A DNA stretch of 32,000 bases, taken from positions 1-32,000 of the forward strand of contig JAQVTI010000006.1 in the NCBI GenBank assembly GCA_028700115.1. Reading direction: 5' to 3'. The position numbers and the translations under genes were made by a program. Shown in pieces: positions 1-8,849 of this stretch; the stretch's first letter is position 1, and each line of letters begins with the position of its first letter. This DNA comes from Candidatus Iainarchaeum sp. GTDB taxonomy: Archaea; Iainarchaeota; Iainarchaeia; Iainarchaeales; CSSED10-239. Below the pieces are notes generated by a model. That model did no database searches. It was not told where the DNA came from and worked only from the letters and a program-made list of their open reading frames with translations.

Positions 1-2
1 TT

Positions 3-605
3 TATGATGCACGAGATGCTTGTGAATCTATTGGCGGTCATGTAATGACTAATGAAGAGCATATGACCATTTTAAGAAATTTAGAAAGAGTTTCTGAAAA
101 TTGGTCTGGAGGCGAAATCGGTTCTGGATATCTCCCAAGAGGTAATTCTTCTTCAAGTGATGCAATGAATAGTACTGATGAATTATCAGGGGTTACAAAA
201 CGTACTCTTAAATTAACTAATAATGAATATATTTGGGATCTTTCAGGAAATGTGTGGGAATGGGTTGATAAAACTTTAGATGCTTCAGAAGAACCTTATG
301 GTGAGACTTTACCTTCAAGTACTGGTGAATGGATTGAATATTTTACAGGTGTAGATGGTTATAAATCTTTAACTAATTTAAATAGTTTAGATTATAAAGA
401 TATTTTTTTAATAAATAAAACTTATAATACTACTCAAAGTATTGGAAGACTTAATACTGATGCAGGAGATAGTGGTGATCGTGCTTTTTTTGTGGGTGGT
501 TATTGGCACGATGGTTCTCATGCCGGAGTTCTATCTCGGCTTTTGAACCTTGGTCCTTCCACCCGGAGCTCTTCCATCGGCTTTCGGTGTGTAGTAGTTC
601 CATAA
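3..605 (+). CDS. FGE-sulfatase (SUMF1/DUF323) domain protein, C-terminal part; the 5-prime end lies upstream of the window
   Basis: The frame is open from base 3 (YDARDACESIGGHV precedes the first Met at 45). Family hallmarks are present: GNVWEWV, GGYWHDG and the C-terminal IGFRCVV. The last ~130 nt are visibly GC-richer than the rest of the window. Confidence 0.8.
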   Translation, partial: YDARDACESIGGHVMTNEEHMTILRNLERVSENWSGGEIGSGYLPRGNSSSSDAMNSTDELSGVTKRTLKLTNNEYIWDLSGNVWEWVDKTLDASEEPYGETLPSSTGEWIEYFTGVDGYKSLTNLNSLDYKDIFLINKTYNTTQSIGRLNTDAGDSGDRAFFVGGYWHDGSHAGVLSRLLNLGPSTRSSSIGFRCVVVP

Positions 606-638
606 AAAAGGATTTGATATTTTTCCATCTGGTATCTT

Positions 639-668
639 GACGGGATAGACGGCAAGACGGCAAGACGG
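639..668. repeat. Tandem GACGG-containing 8-9 nt units x4 (GACGGGATA GACGGCAA GACGGCAA GACGGAT)
   Basis: Read directly. GACGG occurs at 639, 648, 656 and 664, in the spacer 34 nt after the FGE-domain gene stop. It is strongly GC-rich against an AT-rich background. Confidence 0.85.
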
Positions 669-698
669 ATTTGGCGAAGTTGTTAATGCCTGAAACTT

Positions 699-743
699 GC
701 AAAAATTTGTTTTCTTGCCTTAAGGCAAGGTTCAAATTTTTGC
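699..743. other. 45-nt imperfect hairpin (11-bp stem, internal loop, 6-bp stem, TTAA loop)
   Basis: GCAAAAATTTG (699-709) is the exact reverse complement of CAAATTTTTGC (733-743). The inner stem is CTTGCC (714-719) with GGCAAG (724-729), closed by loop TTAA. Confidence 0.8.
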
Positions 744-783
744 TAAAGCTTTTTGAAAGTAAGGCTTATTTCTAATATTTTTT

Positions 784-880
784 AAAAGATTTTTCATCTT
801 TGTTTCTACATTTATATAAATTTATTTTTCTTCTTAGTTTTTATAGTTTTTTAAAATATCTTTACACTTTTAAATCTTTT
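784..880. repeat. Copy A of a dispersed ~100-nt direct repeat (partner at 26931-27040)
   Basis: Hand alignment: the first 46 nt differ from copy B at 4 positions. An identical 22-mer TTCTTAGTTTTTATAGTTTTTT follows after a small indel, and both copies end in TTAAATCTTTT. Confidence 0.85.
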
Positions 881-897
881 CTTATATATTATATATT

Positions 898-1359
898 ATG
901 TATGAAGTTTCTTGGAATGAATTTGAATCTTTGGCATTAGATCTTGCAAAAAAAATTGATGTTTCTAGTATGAATTTTGATGCAATTGTTTGTGTTAGTA
1001 GAGGTGGGTTATTGTTAGGTCGAATACTTTCTTCTGCTTTAGATCTTCCATTAGGTGTTATTTCTGCAAAAAATATTGATGGGAAATATTTTGTTGATAA
1101 TTCTATATCTTTTTTATATGATATTGAAGGCAGTATTTTATTAGTTGATGATGTTTTTGAAGAAACTTCAAAAATAATTGTAAATTTATTAAATAAAAAT
1201 TATAATAAAATTGAAAAAATTTGTCTGGCTAGTATTTTTTATAAATCTAAAAATATTTTTAAACCAGATTTTTTTATTTCAGAAATTAAACATTCTTTAG
1301 ATATTGTTTTTCCATATCAAGAAAATGTAATTTTTTCAAGATATAAATATAAGGAGTAG
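898..1359 (+). CDS. Type I purine phosphoribosyltransferase-like protein (Gpt/Hpt-like)
   Basis: SWNEF...LA.KI at the N-terminus, VCVSRGGLLLGRILS, the acidic PRPP motif ILLVDDV and a C-terminal KPDFF...IVFPYQ all match the small archaeal/bacterial Gpt-like PRTase layout. No SD. A TTTTAAAT box lies ~26 nt upstream of the ATG, so the mRNA may be leaderless. Confidence 0.8.
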   Translation: MYEVSWNEFESLALDLAKKIDVSSMNFDAIVCVSRGGLLLGRILSSALDLPLGVISAKNIDGKYFVDNSISFLYDIEGSILLVDDVFEETSKIIVNLLNKNYNKIEKICLASIFYKSKNIFKPDFFISEIKHSLDIVFPYQENVIFSRYKYKE

Positions 1360-1365
1360 TTATAT

Positions 1366-1875
1366 ATGGTTTTTAAAAAGAAAATTTCAAAATCAAAAAT
1401 AAATTTTAATAAAAGTATTTCTAAAAAAAAGGTTTTTTTTAGAAGTAAATTTTTTAATTTATTAATAATTTTAATAATTTTAATATTATTTTTATTTTTA
1501 ATTTCTATTTTAAATTTAAATAATGAAGAGAAAGTTATTAATCAAAATATTTTTAAACATCTAGATAGTTCTTCTCCACAGCAAGATATTGATAATTTTT
1601 TAAATAAATTATTAAATAATAATAATGAATATATTATAGAATATTCTTCTAATTTAAATGATGTTATTTCAATTAATCAAATAGAACAGGCAAATATAGA
1701 TTCTTTAAAGAAAAGATATTTTTTTTTATTTTCTGAAGATGTTTTAGATGAATATTCTTTTAAATATCCTGTTATTGGGGATTATATTGTTGAATATGAT
1801 TCTGCAATTATTGTATATAATTATAATTTAGATGTTGTAAAAAGTTTTTTTATAGTTCAGGCTATTTCTAATTAG
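1366..1875 (+). CDS. Hypothetical N-terminally membrane-anchored protein
   Basis: GGAG at 1353-1356 precedes the ATG. A basic N-terminus is followed by one hydrophobic helix (LLIILIILILFLFLISIL). I recognise no motif. Confidence 0.6.
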   Translation: MVFKKKISKSKINFNKSISKKKVFFRSKFFNLLIILIILILFLFLISILNLNNEEKVINQNIFKHLDSSSPQQDIDNFLNKLLNNNNEYIIEYSSNLNDVISINQIEQANIDSLKKRYFFLFSEDVLDEYSFKYPVIGDYIVEYDSAIIVYNYNLDVVKSFFIVQAISN

Positions 1876-1916
1876 CCTTTTTCTTATTTTCATATTTTAT
1901 TAAATTAATGATTTTT

Positions 1917-3155
1917 ATGGATGAAACTGAATTAATTCTTTTAAAAAGAAAATTAAAAAATTTAAAACATTATAGAGGGCAAGGTACTCAATTAATAAGT
2001 TTATATTTACCTCCAGATGTTGATCGAAGTTCTGTTACAAAACAACTTACTGATGAAATAAGTCAATCATCAAATATAAAAAGTGCTCAAACTAGAAAAA
2101 ATGTACAATCTGCTCTTAAAAGAATTACTAATTATTTAAAACAAATAGATTTTAATCTTCCAGAAACAGGGCTTGTTCTTTTTTCTGGAGAAGTTTCTAC
2201 AAATCCATCTAAGTCTGATATTATTCTTTTAGATATAGTTCCCCCAAAAAAATTAACTACAAAGCTTTATTGGTGTGATTCTTCATTTCATTTACTTCCT
2301 TTAGAAGAAATGGCAGAGACTGATGAAGTTTATGGAATTATTGCAGTTGATAAAAGAGAAGCGACAATTGCTGTCTTAAGAGGTAAAAGTTTAGAAATGC
2401 TTGATAGAGAAACCTCTGGTGTTCCTGGAAAAACAAGAGCAGGGGGGCAATCTGCTCATCGTTTCGAAAGACTTAGAGAAAAGGCTGCAGAGGATTTTTT
2501 TAAAAGAGTTGGAGAAAAAGTAAACGTTGCATATTTAAATGAGCCTAAACTAAAGGGTATGATTATTGGTGGACCTGGGCATACTAAATTAGAATTTATT
2601 GATCATAGTAATTTAGATCATAGAATTAGAGATAAAATTTTAGGAACTATAGATGCATCTTATACAGATATAGCAGGGATTAAAGAAATTTTAGATAAGT
2701 CTAATGATATTTTAAAAGAAGTAAGTGCTATTAAAGAAAAAAATTTAGTAAATAAATTTGTTGAAAATGTTGCAAAAAATAATCTTGCAACATATGGATT
2801 TAGAGAAGTATTAAATGCATTAAATATTGGACAAGCAGATACTGTTTTAATTTCAGAAGGAATTGAATGGGTTATTCTTAAGTTTAAATGTATTGATTTT
2901 GATAAAGAATTTATAAAGATTGTAAAAGATAGAGATTTAGTTTCTTCTGTAGAATCAGAAGTTTTATCTTCTTCTAAAGATTGTGATTCTAAAAAAGCTG
3001 AGTTACTTGAAGAAATTGATTTTTATGATTTTTTTGTAGAACTTACAAGAGAAACAAGTTCTAAGGCTATATTAATTTCTACTGAAAGTGCAGAAGGTAA
3101 ATTATTTCTAGATGCTTTTGGTGGAATTGGGGCTTTATTAAGATATAAAATTTGA
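1917..3155 (+). CDS. prf1: Peptide chain release factor aRF1
   Basis: NIKS motif (SQSSNIKSAQTRKN) and GGQ motif (RAGGQSAHRFERLRE). The ORF track starts at 1908 (MIFM), but that ATGAT looks like the SD for the ATG at 1917. Confidence 0.97.
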   Translation: MDETELILLKRKLKNLKHYRGQGTQLISLYLPPDVDRSSVTKQLTDEISQSSNIKSAQTRKNVQSALKRITNYLKQIDFNLPETGLVLFSGEVSTNPSKSDIILLDIVPPKKLTTKLYWCDSSFHLLPLEEMAETDEVYGIIAVDKREATIAVLRGKSLEMLDRETSGVPGKTRAGGQSAHRFERLREKAAEDFFKRVGEKVNVAYLNEPKLKGMIIGGPGHTKLEFIDHSNLDHRIRDKILGTIDASYTDIAGIKEILDKSNDILKEVSAIKEKNLVNKFVENVAKNNLATYGFREVLNALNIGQADTVLISEGIEWVILKFKCIDFDKEFIKIVKDRDLVSSVESEVLSSSKDCDSKKAELLEEIDFYDFFVELTRETSSKAILISTESAEGKLFLDAFGGIGALLRYKI

Positions 3156-3161
3156 TTAATA

Positions 3162-4436
3162 ATGGAATTTAAATATATAACAGATACCCCATCTCTTGGA
3201 GGTCGAATTAAAAATTTTGCAGAAGATTTTGTTGTTTGTGAGATTGGAAAAGATTATTCTACTTATGTTAAATATTTGCCAGATAAAAAGGTTGAAGAAA
3301 TAAACTGGGATGATGTTTTTAATCAAAATACAGAAAATAAAGATTTTTTAATTCTTACAATGGAAAAAATTAATCTTTCAACTACAACTGCAATAAGTCA
3401 GATGTCTAGATTTTTAAGACTTTCAAAAAAAAGAATTTCTTATGCAGGTTTGAAAGATAAAAGAGCAATGAGTTCTCAAAAAATTTCTTTGTATCAACCT
3501 GAAAAAGAAAGGCTTTCTAAATTTTATTTTAAAAATATAAAAGTATATGACCCTGTTTGGTCAAATGATAAAATAGATATTGGTGATTTAAAAGAGAATC
3601 ATTTTATAATAACAATTAGGCAAATAGAAAATAAAACTGAAGAAGAAATTAAAGAAATAATTTTAAATTGTATACAACAAATTAATAAAAAAGGGCTTAT
3701 AAATTATTTTGGTGAACAAAGATTTGGTGGGATTAGAGATATTACTCATAAGGTAGGTAAGCTTGTTTTACAAGGGGATTATAAATCTGCAATAATTTTA
3801 TATTTAACTGAAACTTTTGATTTAGAAAGAGAAGATATTAAACAAGCAAGACTTGCTTTAAAACAAGATTTAGATTTTCCAAAGCATGCAGCTCATTTTC
3901 CTTCAAAGACAGGTTATGAAAGTGCAATTTTAAATTATCTTGCAAAAAATCCAACCGATTTTTTAGGTGCATTTAAAATACTTCCAAAGTCTATTCAATA
4001 TCTTTTTACACATGCATATCAGTCTTATTTATTTAATGAATTAATTAATTTAAGAATAGATCGAGGATATGGTATTGAAAAAATAGATGGGGATAGGTTA
4101 GATAAAAATGGGGTTGTTTTATTACCTTTATTTGGATATGAATCTTGTTTTTCAAAAGGACTTGCTGGAGATTTAGAAAAAGAAGTTTTAGATAGAGAAG
4201 GTATTACCTTTAAATATTTTTTTAATAAAGATCATTCTGTTTTTTCTAGTAAAGGTGAGTTTAGAAAAATAAAAACAGAAGTTAGAGATTTAAAGCTTTT
4301 AGAAGTTTCTGATGATTTAAAAAATAAAGAAGAAATGAATAATCCTAAAAAAGCAATTGTTTCATTTATTTTAGATAAGGGTCAATATGCTACTGTTTTT
4401 CTAAGAGAAATTATAAAAAAAGAAATAATTGGTTAA
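3162..4436 (+). CDS. truD: tRNA pseudouridine synthase TruD/Pus7 family
   Basis: Catalytic-Asp motif ISYAGLKDKRA and NYFGEQRFG. TGAT lies 5 nt upstream of the ATG. Confidence 0.93.
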   Translation: MEFKYITDTPSLGGRIKNFAEDFVVCEIGKDYSTYVKYLPDKKVEEINWDDVFNQNTENKDFLILTMEKINLSTTTAISQMSRFLRLSKKRISYAGLKDKRAMSSQKISLYQPEKERLSKFYFKNIKVYDPVWSNDKIDIGDLKENHFIITIRQIENKTEEEIKEIILNCIQQINKKGLINYFGEQRFGGIRDITHKVGKLVLQGDYKSAIILYLTETFDLEREDIKQARLALKQDLDFPKHAAHFPSKTGYESAILNYLAKNPTDFLGAFKILPKSIQYLFTHAYQSYLFNELINLRIDRGYGIEKIDGDRLDKNGVVLLPLFGYESCFSKGLAGDLEKEVLDREGITFKYFFNKDHSVFSSKGEFRKIKTEVRDLKLLEVSDDLKNKEEMNNPKKAIVSFILDKGQYATVFLREIIKKEIIG

Positions 4437-6571
4437 AAGTCTTTAAGGCTTTCCTTTCTTTTATTTTCGTTTTGTTCTATATTTTTTTTAAAGTCTATTT
4501 TTAATTCTTCTAAAATACTATATCCTATTTTTCCAATAATTTCAATTATTTTTTCTGGTTTTCTTTTAATATCATTTATTCCTTTAATTCCTGCTATAAA
4601 TAGTCTTCTTGCTCTAATACGTCCTATATTTTTTAAACATACTAGTTCAACTAGTTCTTTTTTAACTCCATATTTTAATCTAATTCCTATAGTTTTATAT
4701 TCTTTTGATAAATATGTATTTTGTTTATTTTGTTTTATAAGTTCATTTACACAATAAATTATCCATTCGGCTTTTGAAATTATATTTCTTATTTCTCCAG
4801 GAGATGTATTGTATTCTGAAATTATTGTATCTTCATTTGTTTCATTTATCCATTCTAATAACATTTTTGCTTCATATATTTTATTTAAGAGATATATATC
4901 TTCATATTCAAAATATATTTTTTCTTTTAAATGTTCAAATATATTTAATAAAATTATTTCTTTTTCTTTTTTAAAGTTAAGATAGTTTTTCATCTCACTT
5001 GTATTTATAATTGTATAAAGCATTTCTAGTTCTTCTATTTGTTTATCTTTTTTAATATTTATATCTTCTAATATACAATGTGCAGAATAAGGGTCTATAT
5101 ATAAATAACATACTTTTTTACCTAGTTCTGTAATTTTTATTTCTTCTTCAATACTTTCTAAAAAGCCATCTTCTATAAATTCTTTTAATATTTCTATAAT
5201 ATTTTTTTCAATTTTATATGTATCTCCAAATGTATGATAGTAAAATGTATATGATATATATTCTATAATTTCTTTAAAATTTTTAAGTTGATTTATTAAT
5301 ATCATTGTAAGTAAATGCATTCGTAAAATAATAAATTTAGATAATTGTGATTCAATATCTTCTGGTTTTCCATTAATATATGTTTCATATATTTTAGAAA
5401 CATCATTTTCTTTTAAAGATACAGCAATAGCTTGTCCACTTTTATCATATTTTGGTCTTCCTGCTCTTCCTGCCATTTGCATAAATTCATTTACTTTTAT
5501 AGGAGTCATTTTGCCTTCATTAAATCTATATATATTATTTATAATTACTCTATAGGCTGGAAGATTAATTCCTGCTGCAAGTGTTGGAGTTGCAAATATT
5601 ATTTTTATATTTTTTTTCTTAAATTCCTCTTCTATAATTTCTCTTTGTAAATGTACTAACCCAGCATGATGAAATGCAAGTCCATTTTTAACAGCATTAC
5701 TTAGTTCTATACATTGTTTAGTTGGTTGTTCTAATATTTGTCCAAGATTTAATGCGATTTTATTTAACTTTTCTGAATCAATAAATTCTAAACTTGTTTT
5801 GGCATATTTTTTACAAAATGACATTGTATTTTTTCTAGAGTTACAGAAAATAATTATTTGCTTTTGTTTTTTTAATGTGTCTTTTATTATTCCTGAAAGT
5901 GTTTCTTTTTCTTTTTCTAATTCTATTTTGTTTTCTTCAAAATATATATTATTTTCATAAAGTACCCCAATTTCTAATGGTACTGGTCTATAATTTATAT
6001 TTATTAATTTTGCATTCATCCATTCTGCAAGTTCTTTTGAGTTTCCAATTGTTGCAGATAGCCCTAATAATGTTATTTCTTTATAATTTCTTTTAAGATA
6101 AGTTATTATTGATTCTAAACTTGCCCCTCTTGAATTTCCAAGTTCATGAATTTCATCAATTGTAATTAATCCAATTTCTTTTATCCAAGATAAATTGTGT
6201 CTTAAAATAGAATCTAGTTTTTCATATGTCATAAATAATATGTCTAAATTTTCTAAATATTTTACTGATTCACTAAAATCTCCTATTGATATTCCTATAT
6301 TTAAATTAAATTCTTTTGCATATTTTTTTTTAGTTTCTTTAAAATGTTCTGAGGTTAATGCTTTTAATGGAGATATATATATTACTTTTTTGTTTTTATT
6401 TTTAATACAATCAAGCATATATATTTCAAAAACTGTTGTTTTTCCAGAAGCAGTAGGTGTTGTAATTAATGTATTTTCTCCAATATTTGTTATTGCTTTT
6501 TCTTGCATTGGATTTAGTTTTTCAAATTTATTTATTTCTAATATTTTTTGAATTATTTCTTTTGTGTGCAT
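4433..6571 (-). CDS. hel308: Ski2-like DNA helicase Hel308
   Basis: Helicase motifs TPTASGKT (I), DEIH (II), SAT (III) and QMAGRAGRP (VI). C-terminal helix-hairpin-helix-like IGRIRARRLFIAGI. Length is typical at 712 aa. Confidence 0.93.
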   Translation of the reverse strand: MHTKEIIQKILEINKFEKLNPMQEKAITNIGENTLITTPTASGKTTVFEIYMLDCIKNKNKKVIYISPLKALTSEHFKETKKKYAKEFNLNIGISIGDFSESVKYLENLDILFMTYEKLDSILRHNLSWIKEIGLITIDEIHELGNSRGASLESIITYLKRNYKEITLLGLSATIGNSKELAEWMNAKLININYRPVPLEIGVLYENNIYFEENKIELEKEKETLSGIIKDTLKKQKQIIIFCNSRKNTMSFCKKYAKTSLEFIDSEKLNKIALNLGQILEQPTKQCIELSNAVKNGLAFHHAGLVHLQREIIEEEFKKKNIKIIFATPTLAAGINLPAYRVIINNIYRFNEGKMTPIKVNEFMQMAGRAGRPKYDKSGQAIAVSLKENDVSKIYETYINGKPEDIESQLSKFIILRMHLLTMILINQLKNFKEIIEYISYTFYYHTFGDTYKIEKNIIEILKEFIEDGFLESIEEEIKITELGKKVCYLYIDPYSAHCILEDINIKKDKQIEELEMLYTIINTSEMKNYLNFKKEKEIILLNIFEHLKEKIYFEYEDIYLLNKIYEAKMLLEWINETNEDTIISEYNTSPGEIRNIISKAEWIIYCVNELIKQNKQNTYLSKEYKTIGIRLKYGVKKELVELVCLKNIGRIRARRLFIAGIKGINDIKRKPEKIIEIIGKIGYSILEELKIDFKKNIEQNENKRKESLKDF

Positions 6572-6673
6572 CTATATATTCTGTTATAGAAAGTATTAAA
6601 ATATTCTTTGTTTTATATATTTATATTATTTTTAATAAATTTATTTTAAATTTTATTATAAAAAGTGATATTT

Positions 6674-7195
6674 ATGTCTAAAATTGGTTTAAATAAAAGA
6701 GATTTAAAGAATATTTCTTATAGATTTAATCAAAATTCTAAAAAAAATAATACTTCTAAAATTTTTGAAAATAAATTAGATCTTGCCAATTTAAATATTT
6801 CTAAATCTGTATTTAAAGATGAAATTAATAGTTGTATACGTTCTGGGAATTATTTGCATTTGGAAAAATATTTAAATCAAAAGTTAAATTTAGATCTAAA
6901 GTCTCAAAATGTAAGATTTAAACTTTTAAATAAGTTAGAACATACTTTTATTGAGTATATGCTTGAAAATCTCCCAAATGGTGGAAAAATTACTGATAAG
7001 CAGGTTATTTTTTTAAATAATAAATTTTATGCAAATCTTATTAATCTTCGTGTTAGAAAAAAAATAACTTATGAAGAGTTAAATAAAAGAAATATTTCTT
7101 TTTTAAAAATGCTTAAAACTATTTCTACAAAGGTTGAGTTAGTAAATTTTTTAAATACTCAAATTTCTATTATTGAAAAAGAAATAAAGGGTTAA
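6674..7195 (+). CDS. Hypothetical protein, Lys/Asn-rich, no recognisable domain
   Basis: GTGAT at 6665-6669 sits 4 nt before the ATG at 6674; the track start at 6665 is the GTG inside that SD. Divergent from hel308. Confidence 0.6.
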   Translation: MSKIGLNKRDLKNISYRFNQNSKKNNTSKIFENKLDLANLNISKSVFKDEINSCIRSGNYLHLEKYLNQKLNLDLKSQNVRFKLLNKLEHTFIEYMLENLPNGGKITDKQVIFLNNKFYANLINLRVRKKITYEELNKRNISFLKMLKTISTKVELVNFLNTQISIIEKEIKG

Positions 7196-7385
7196 AAAAA
7201 ATATATTTTTATGAAATTTATATAAAAAGTAACATTTATAAGCTATTTGTTTCATAAATATTTATTAAATCTTTTTTTGATTTTTCTATGTTTTCAAAAT
7301 TTTTTATAAACTTTTATAGTTTTAAAGAAAATCTTTATTATTTTTATAGTCTTATAAATATACAAATAAATAAATCTGATTAAAT

Positions 7386-8072
7386 ATGATTCAAAATAAA
7401 AATATTATTCAAATAGATCTAATTTTAAAAGATAATGATTCAAAAGAAATTTTAGATACAACTTTTGAAAATGTTGCAAAAGAAAGTGGATTAAATATAA
7501 AATCTGGATTTAAACCATTAAATTTTATTTTTGGAACTGGTGAACTTTTAAAAGGTGTAGAAGAAAATATTAAAGATTTAGAAGAAGGTAAATCTAAAAC
7601 TTTTATTTTAAAACAAGATCAAGCTTTTGGAAAGAAAGATCCTTCTAAAATAGAACTACATTCTTTAAATGATTTTAAAAAGGAAAATATAAAACCAGAA
7701 CCTGGTATGGTTTTAAACTTTGGAAACAAAGCTGGTAAGATAATTAGTGTTTCTGGTGGGAGAGTAAAGATTGATTTTAATTCTTTATTTGCTGGAAGAG
7801 ATTTAGAATACACTATTACATTAAATAAAATTATTTCTGAAGATAAAGACAAAATACCAGCTCTTTTAGAGAAAGCATTTTCTTTTATTCCAAGAAATCA
7901 ATTAAAATATGTTGTAGATGATTCTAAAAAGATAGTTGACGTGCATATACCTTTAGGTATGCCTGTAGAATTAGATTATTATAAACAATTATTTTCAAAA
8001 ATGGTTTTAGATACAACTACATATGATTCTATTAAATTTTCTCAAAATTTTTATAGAGATGAACAAAAATAA
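7386..8072 (+). CDS. FKBP-type peptidyl-prolyl isomerase, SlyD-like long archaeal type with insert-in-flap and C-terminal domain
   Basis: FIFGTGELLKGVEENIKDLEEGKSK, AFGKKDP and GRVKIDFNSLFAGRDLEYTITLNKI correspond to the FKBP core and the DFNHPLAGK-like strand. Confidence 0.8.
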   Translation: MIQNKNIIQIDLILKDNDSKEILDTTFENVAKESGLNIKSGFKPLNFIFGTGELLKGVEENIKDLEEGKSKTFILKQDQAFGKKDPSKIELHSLNDFKKENIKPEPGMVLNFGNKAGKIISVSGGRVKIDFNSLFAGRDLEYTITLNKIISEDKDKIPALLEKAFSFIPRNQLKYVVDDSKKIVDVHIPLGMPVELDYYKQLFSKMVLDTTTYDSIKFSQNFYRDEQK

Positions 8073-8107
8073 TCTTTTTAAAAATATTATAAAATGGGTG
8101 GATTAAT

Positions 8108-8719
8108 TTGTCTGAAGATATAAAATTTATGAAAGGAACAACAACTTTAGGTATTGTTGCAAAAGATGGTATTGTTCTTGCTGCAGATATGAAAGCTTCT
8201 ATGGGTAATTTTGTTGCAGATACTTCTGCTTCTAAAATATATACAATAAATGATCATATTGCTTTAACTCTTGCTGGTTCTCAAGGAGATGCTTTAACTT
8301 TAATAAGGCATTTAAGAAATAATGCTAATCTTTATGAATTAGAACATAAAAGACCTTTAAGTACAAAATCTTGTGTTGCTCTTTTAACAGGAATTTTAAA
8401 TTCAAATAAATTTAGACCTTTTTATACTCAATTTATTATAGGTGGTACTGATGGTGAGCTTCATTCTTTAGATATGGTTGGTGGATCTAGTAAAACAAAT
8501 AGTTTTGCAGTTTCTGGTTCTGGTTCAGAACTTGCAATTAGTGTATTAGATAATAAGTATACTCCTAATATTACTGTAAAAGATGCAATTTCTTTAGCAA
8601 AAGAAGGAATTTCTGCTGCTAAGAAAAGAGATATTTATTCTGGTGGAGATGGTATTAATATTTTTGTTATTAAAAACGATTCTATTGAGGAATTACCTAT
8701 CTCTAAATATAAAGAATAA
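8108..8719 (+). CDS. psmB: Proteasome subunit beta
   Basis: Short propeptide, then the active-site Thr (MKG|TTTLGIVAKDGIVLAAD). TTG start at 8108 lies 4 nt after GGGTGGAT. An alternative ATG is at 8129. Confidence 0.95.
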   Translation: MSEDIKFMKGTTTLGIVAKDGIVLAADMKASMGNFVADTSASKIYTINDHIALTLAGSQGDALTLIRHLRNNANLYELEHKRPLSTKSCVALLTGILNSNKFRPFYTQFIIGGTDGELHSLDMVGGSSKTNSFAVSGSGSELAISVLDNKYTPNITVKDAISLAKEGISAAKKRDIYSGGDGINIFVIKNDSIEELPISKYKE

Positions 8720-8849
8720 TTTTTTTTAATTTTTAATTTATTTTTTTAAATCAAATTATTTTTTAATTTTATTTTTTAATTATATAAATTTGTTTTTTTA
8801 ATAAAACAATATTTAATTATACAAAATTTTTTTATAAAATGTGATACAT

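Noticed and set aside
451-735. 94-aa minus-strand ORF overlapping the FGE-domain gene 3-prime end and the GC-rich spacer
   Set aside because: It lies antisense to a motif-supported gene and exactly coincides with the GC-rich island, where long stop-free frames arise by chance. It has no SD and no recognisable motif.
724-743. GGTTCAAAT, a tRNA T-loop-like string, suggesting a tRNA or tRNA fragment
   Set aside because: No acceptor, D or anticodon arms can be built around it. The would-be T stem needs two G-U pairs at the invariant G53-C61 position. The string is fully explained as part of the 699-743 hairpin.
4774-6681. Five plus-strand ORFs (66-118 aa) inside or antisense to hel308
   Set aside because: Their translations are F/L/I/Y/C-rich low-complexity strings, typical of the antisense of AAA/GAA/AAT-rich codons. 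The hel308 reading is supported by all helicase motifs.
7209-7255. 9-bp inverted repeat TTTATGAAA...TTTCATAAA after the 6674-7195 ORF, considered as a terminator hairpin
   Set aside because: All-A/T 9-mers with a 29-nt loop are expected by chance at this composition. There is no supporting conservation.
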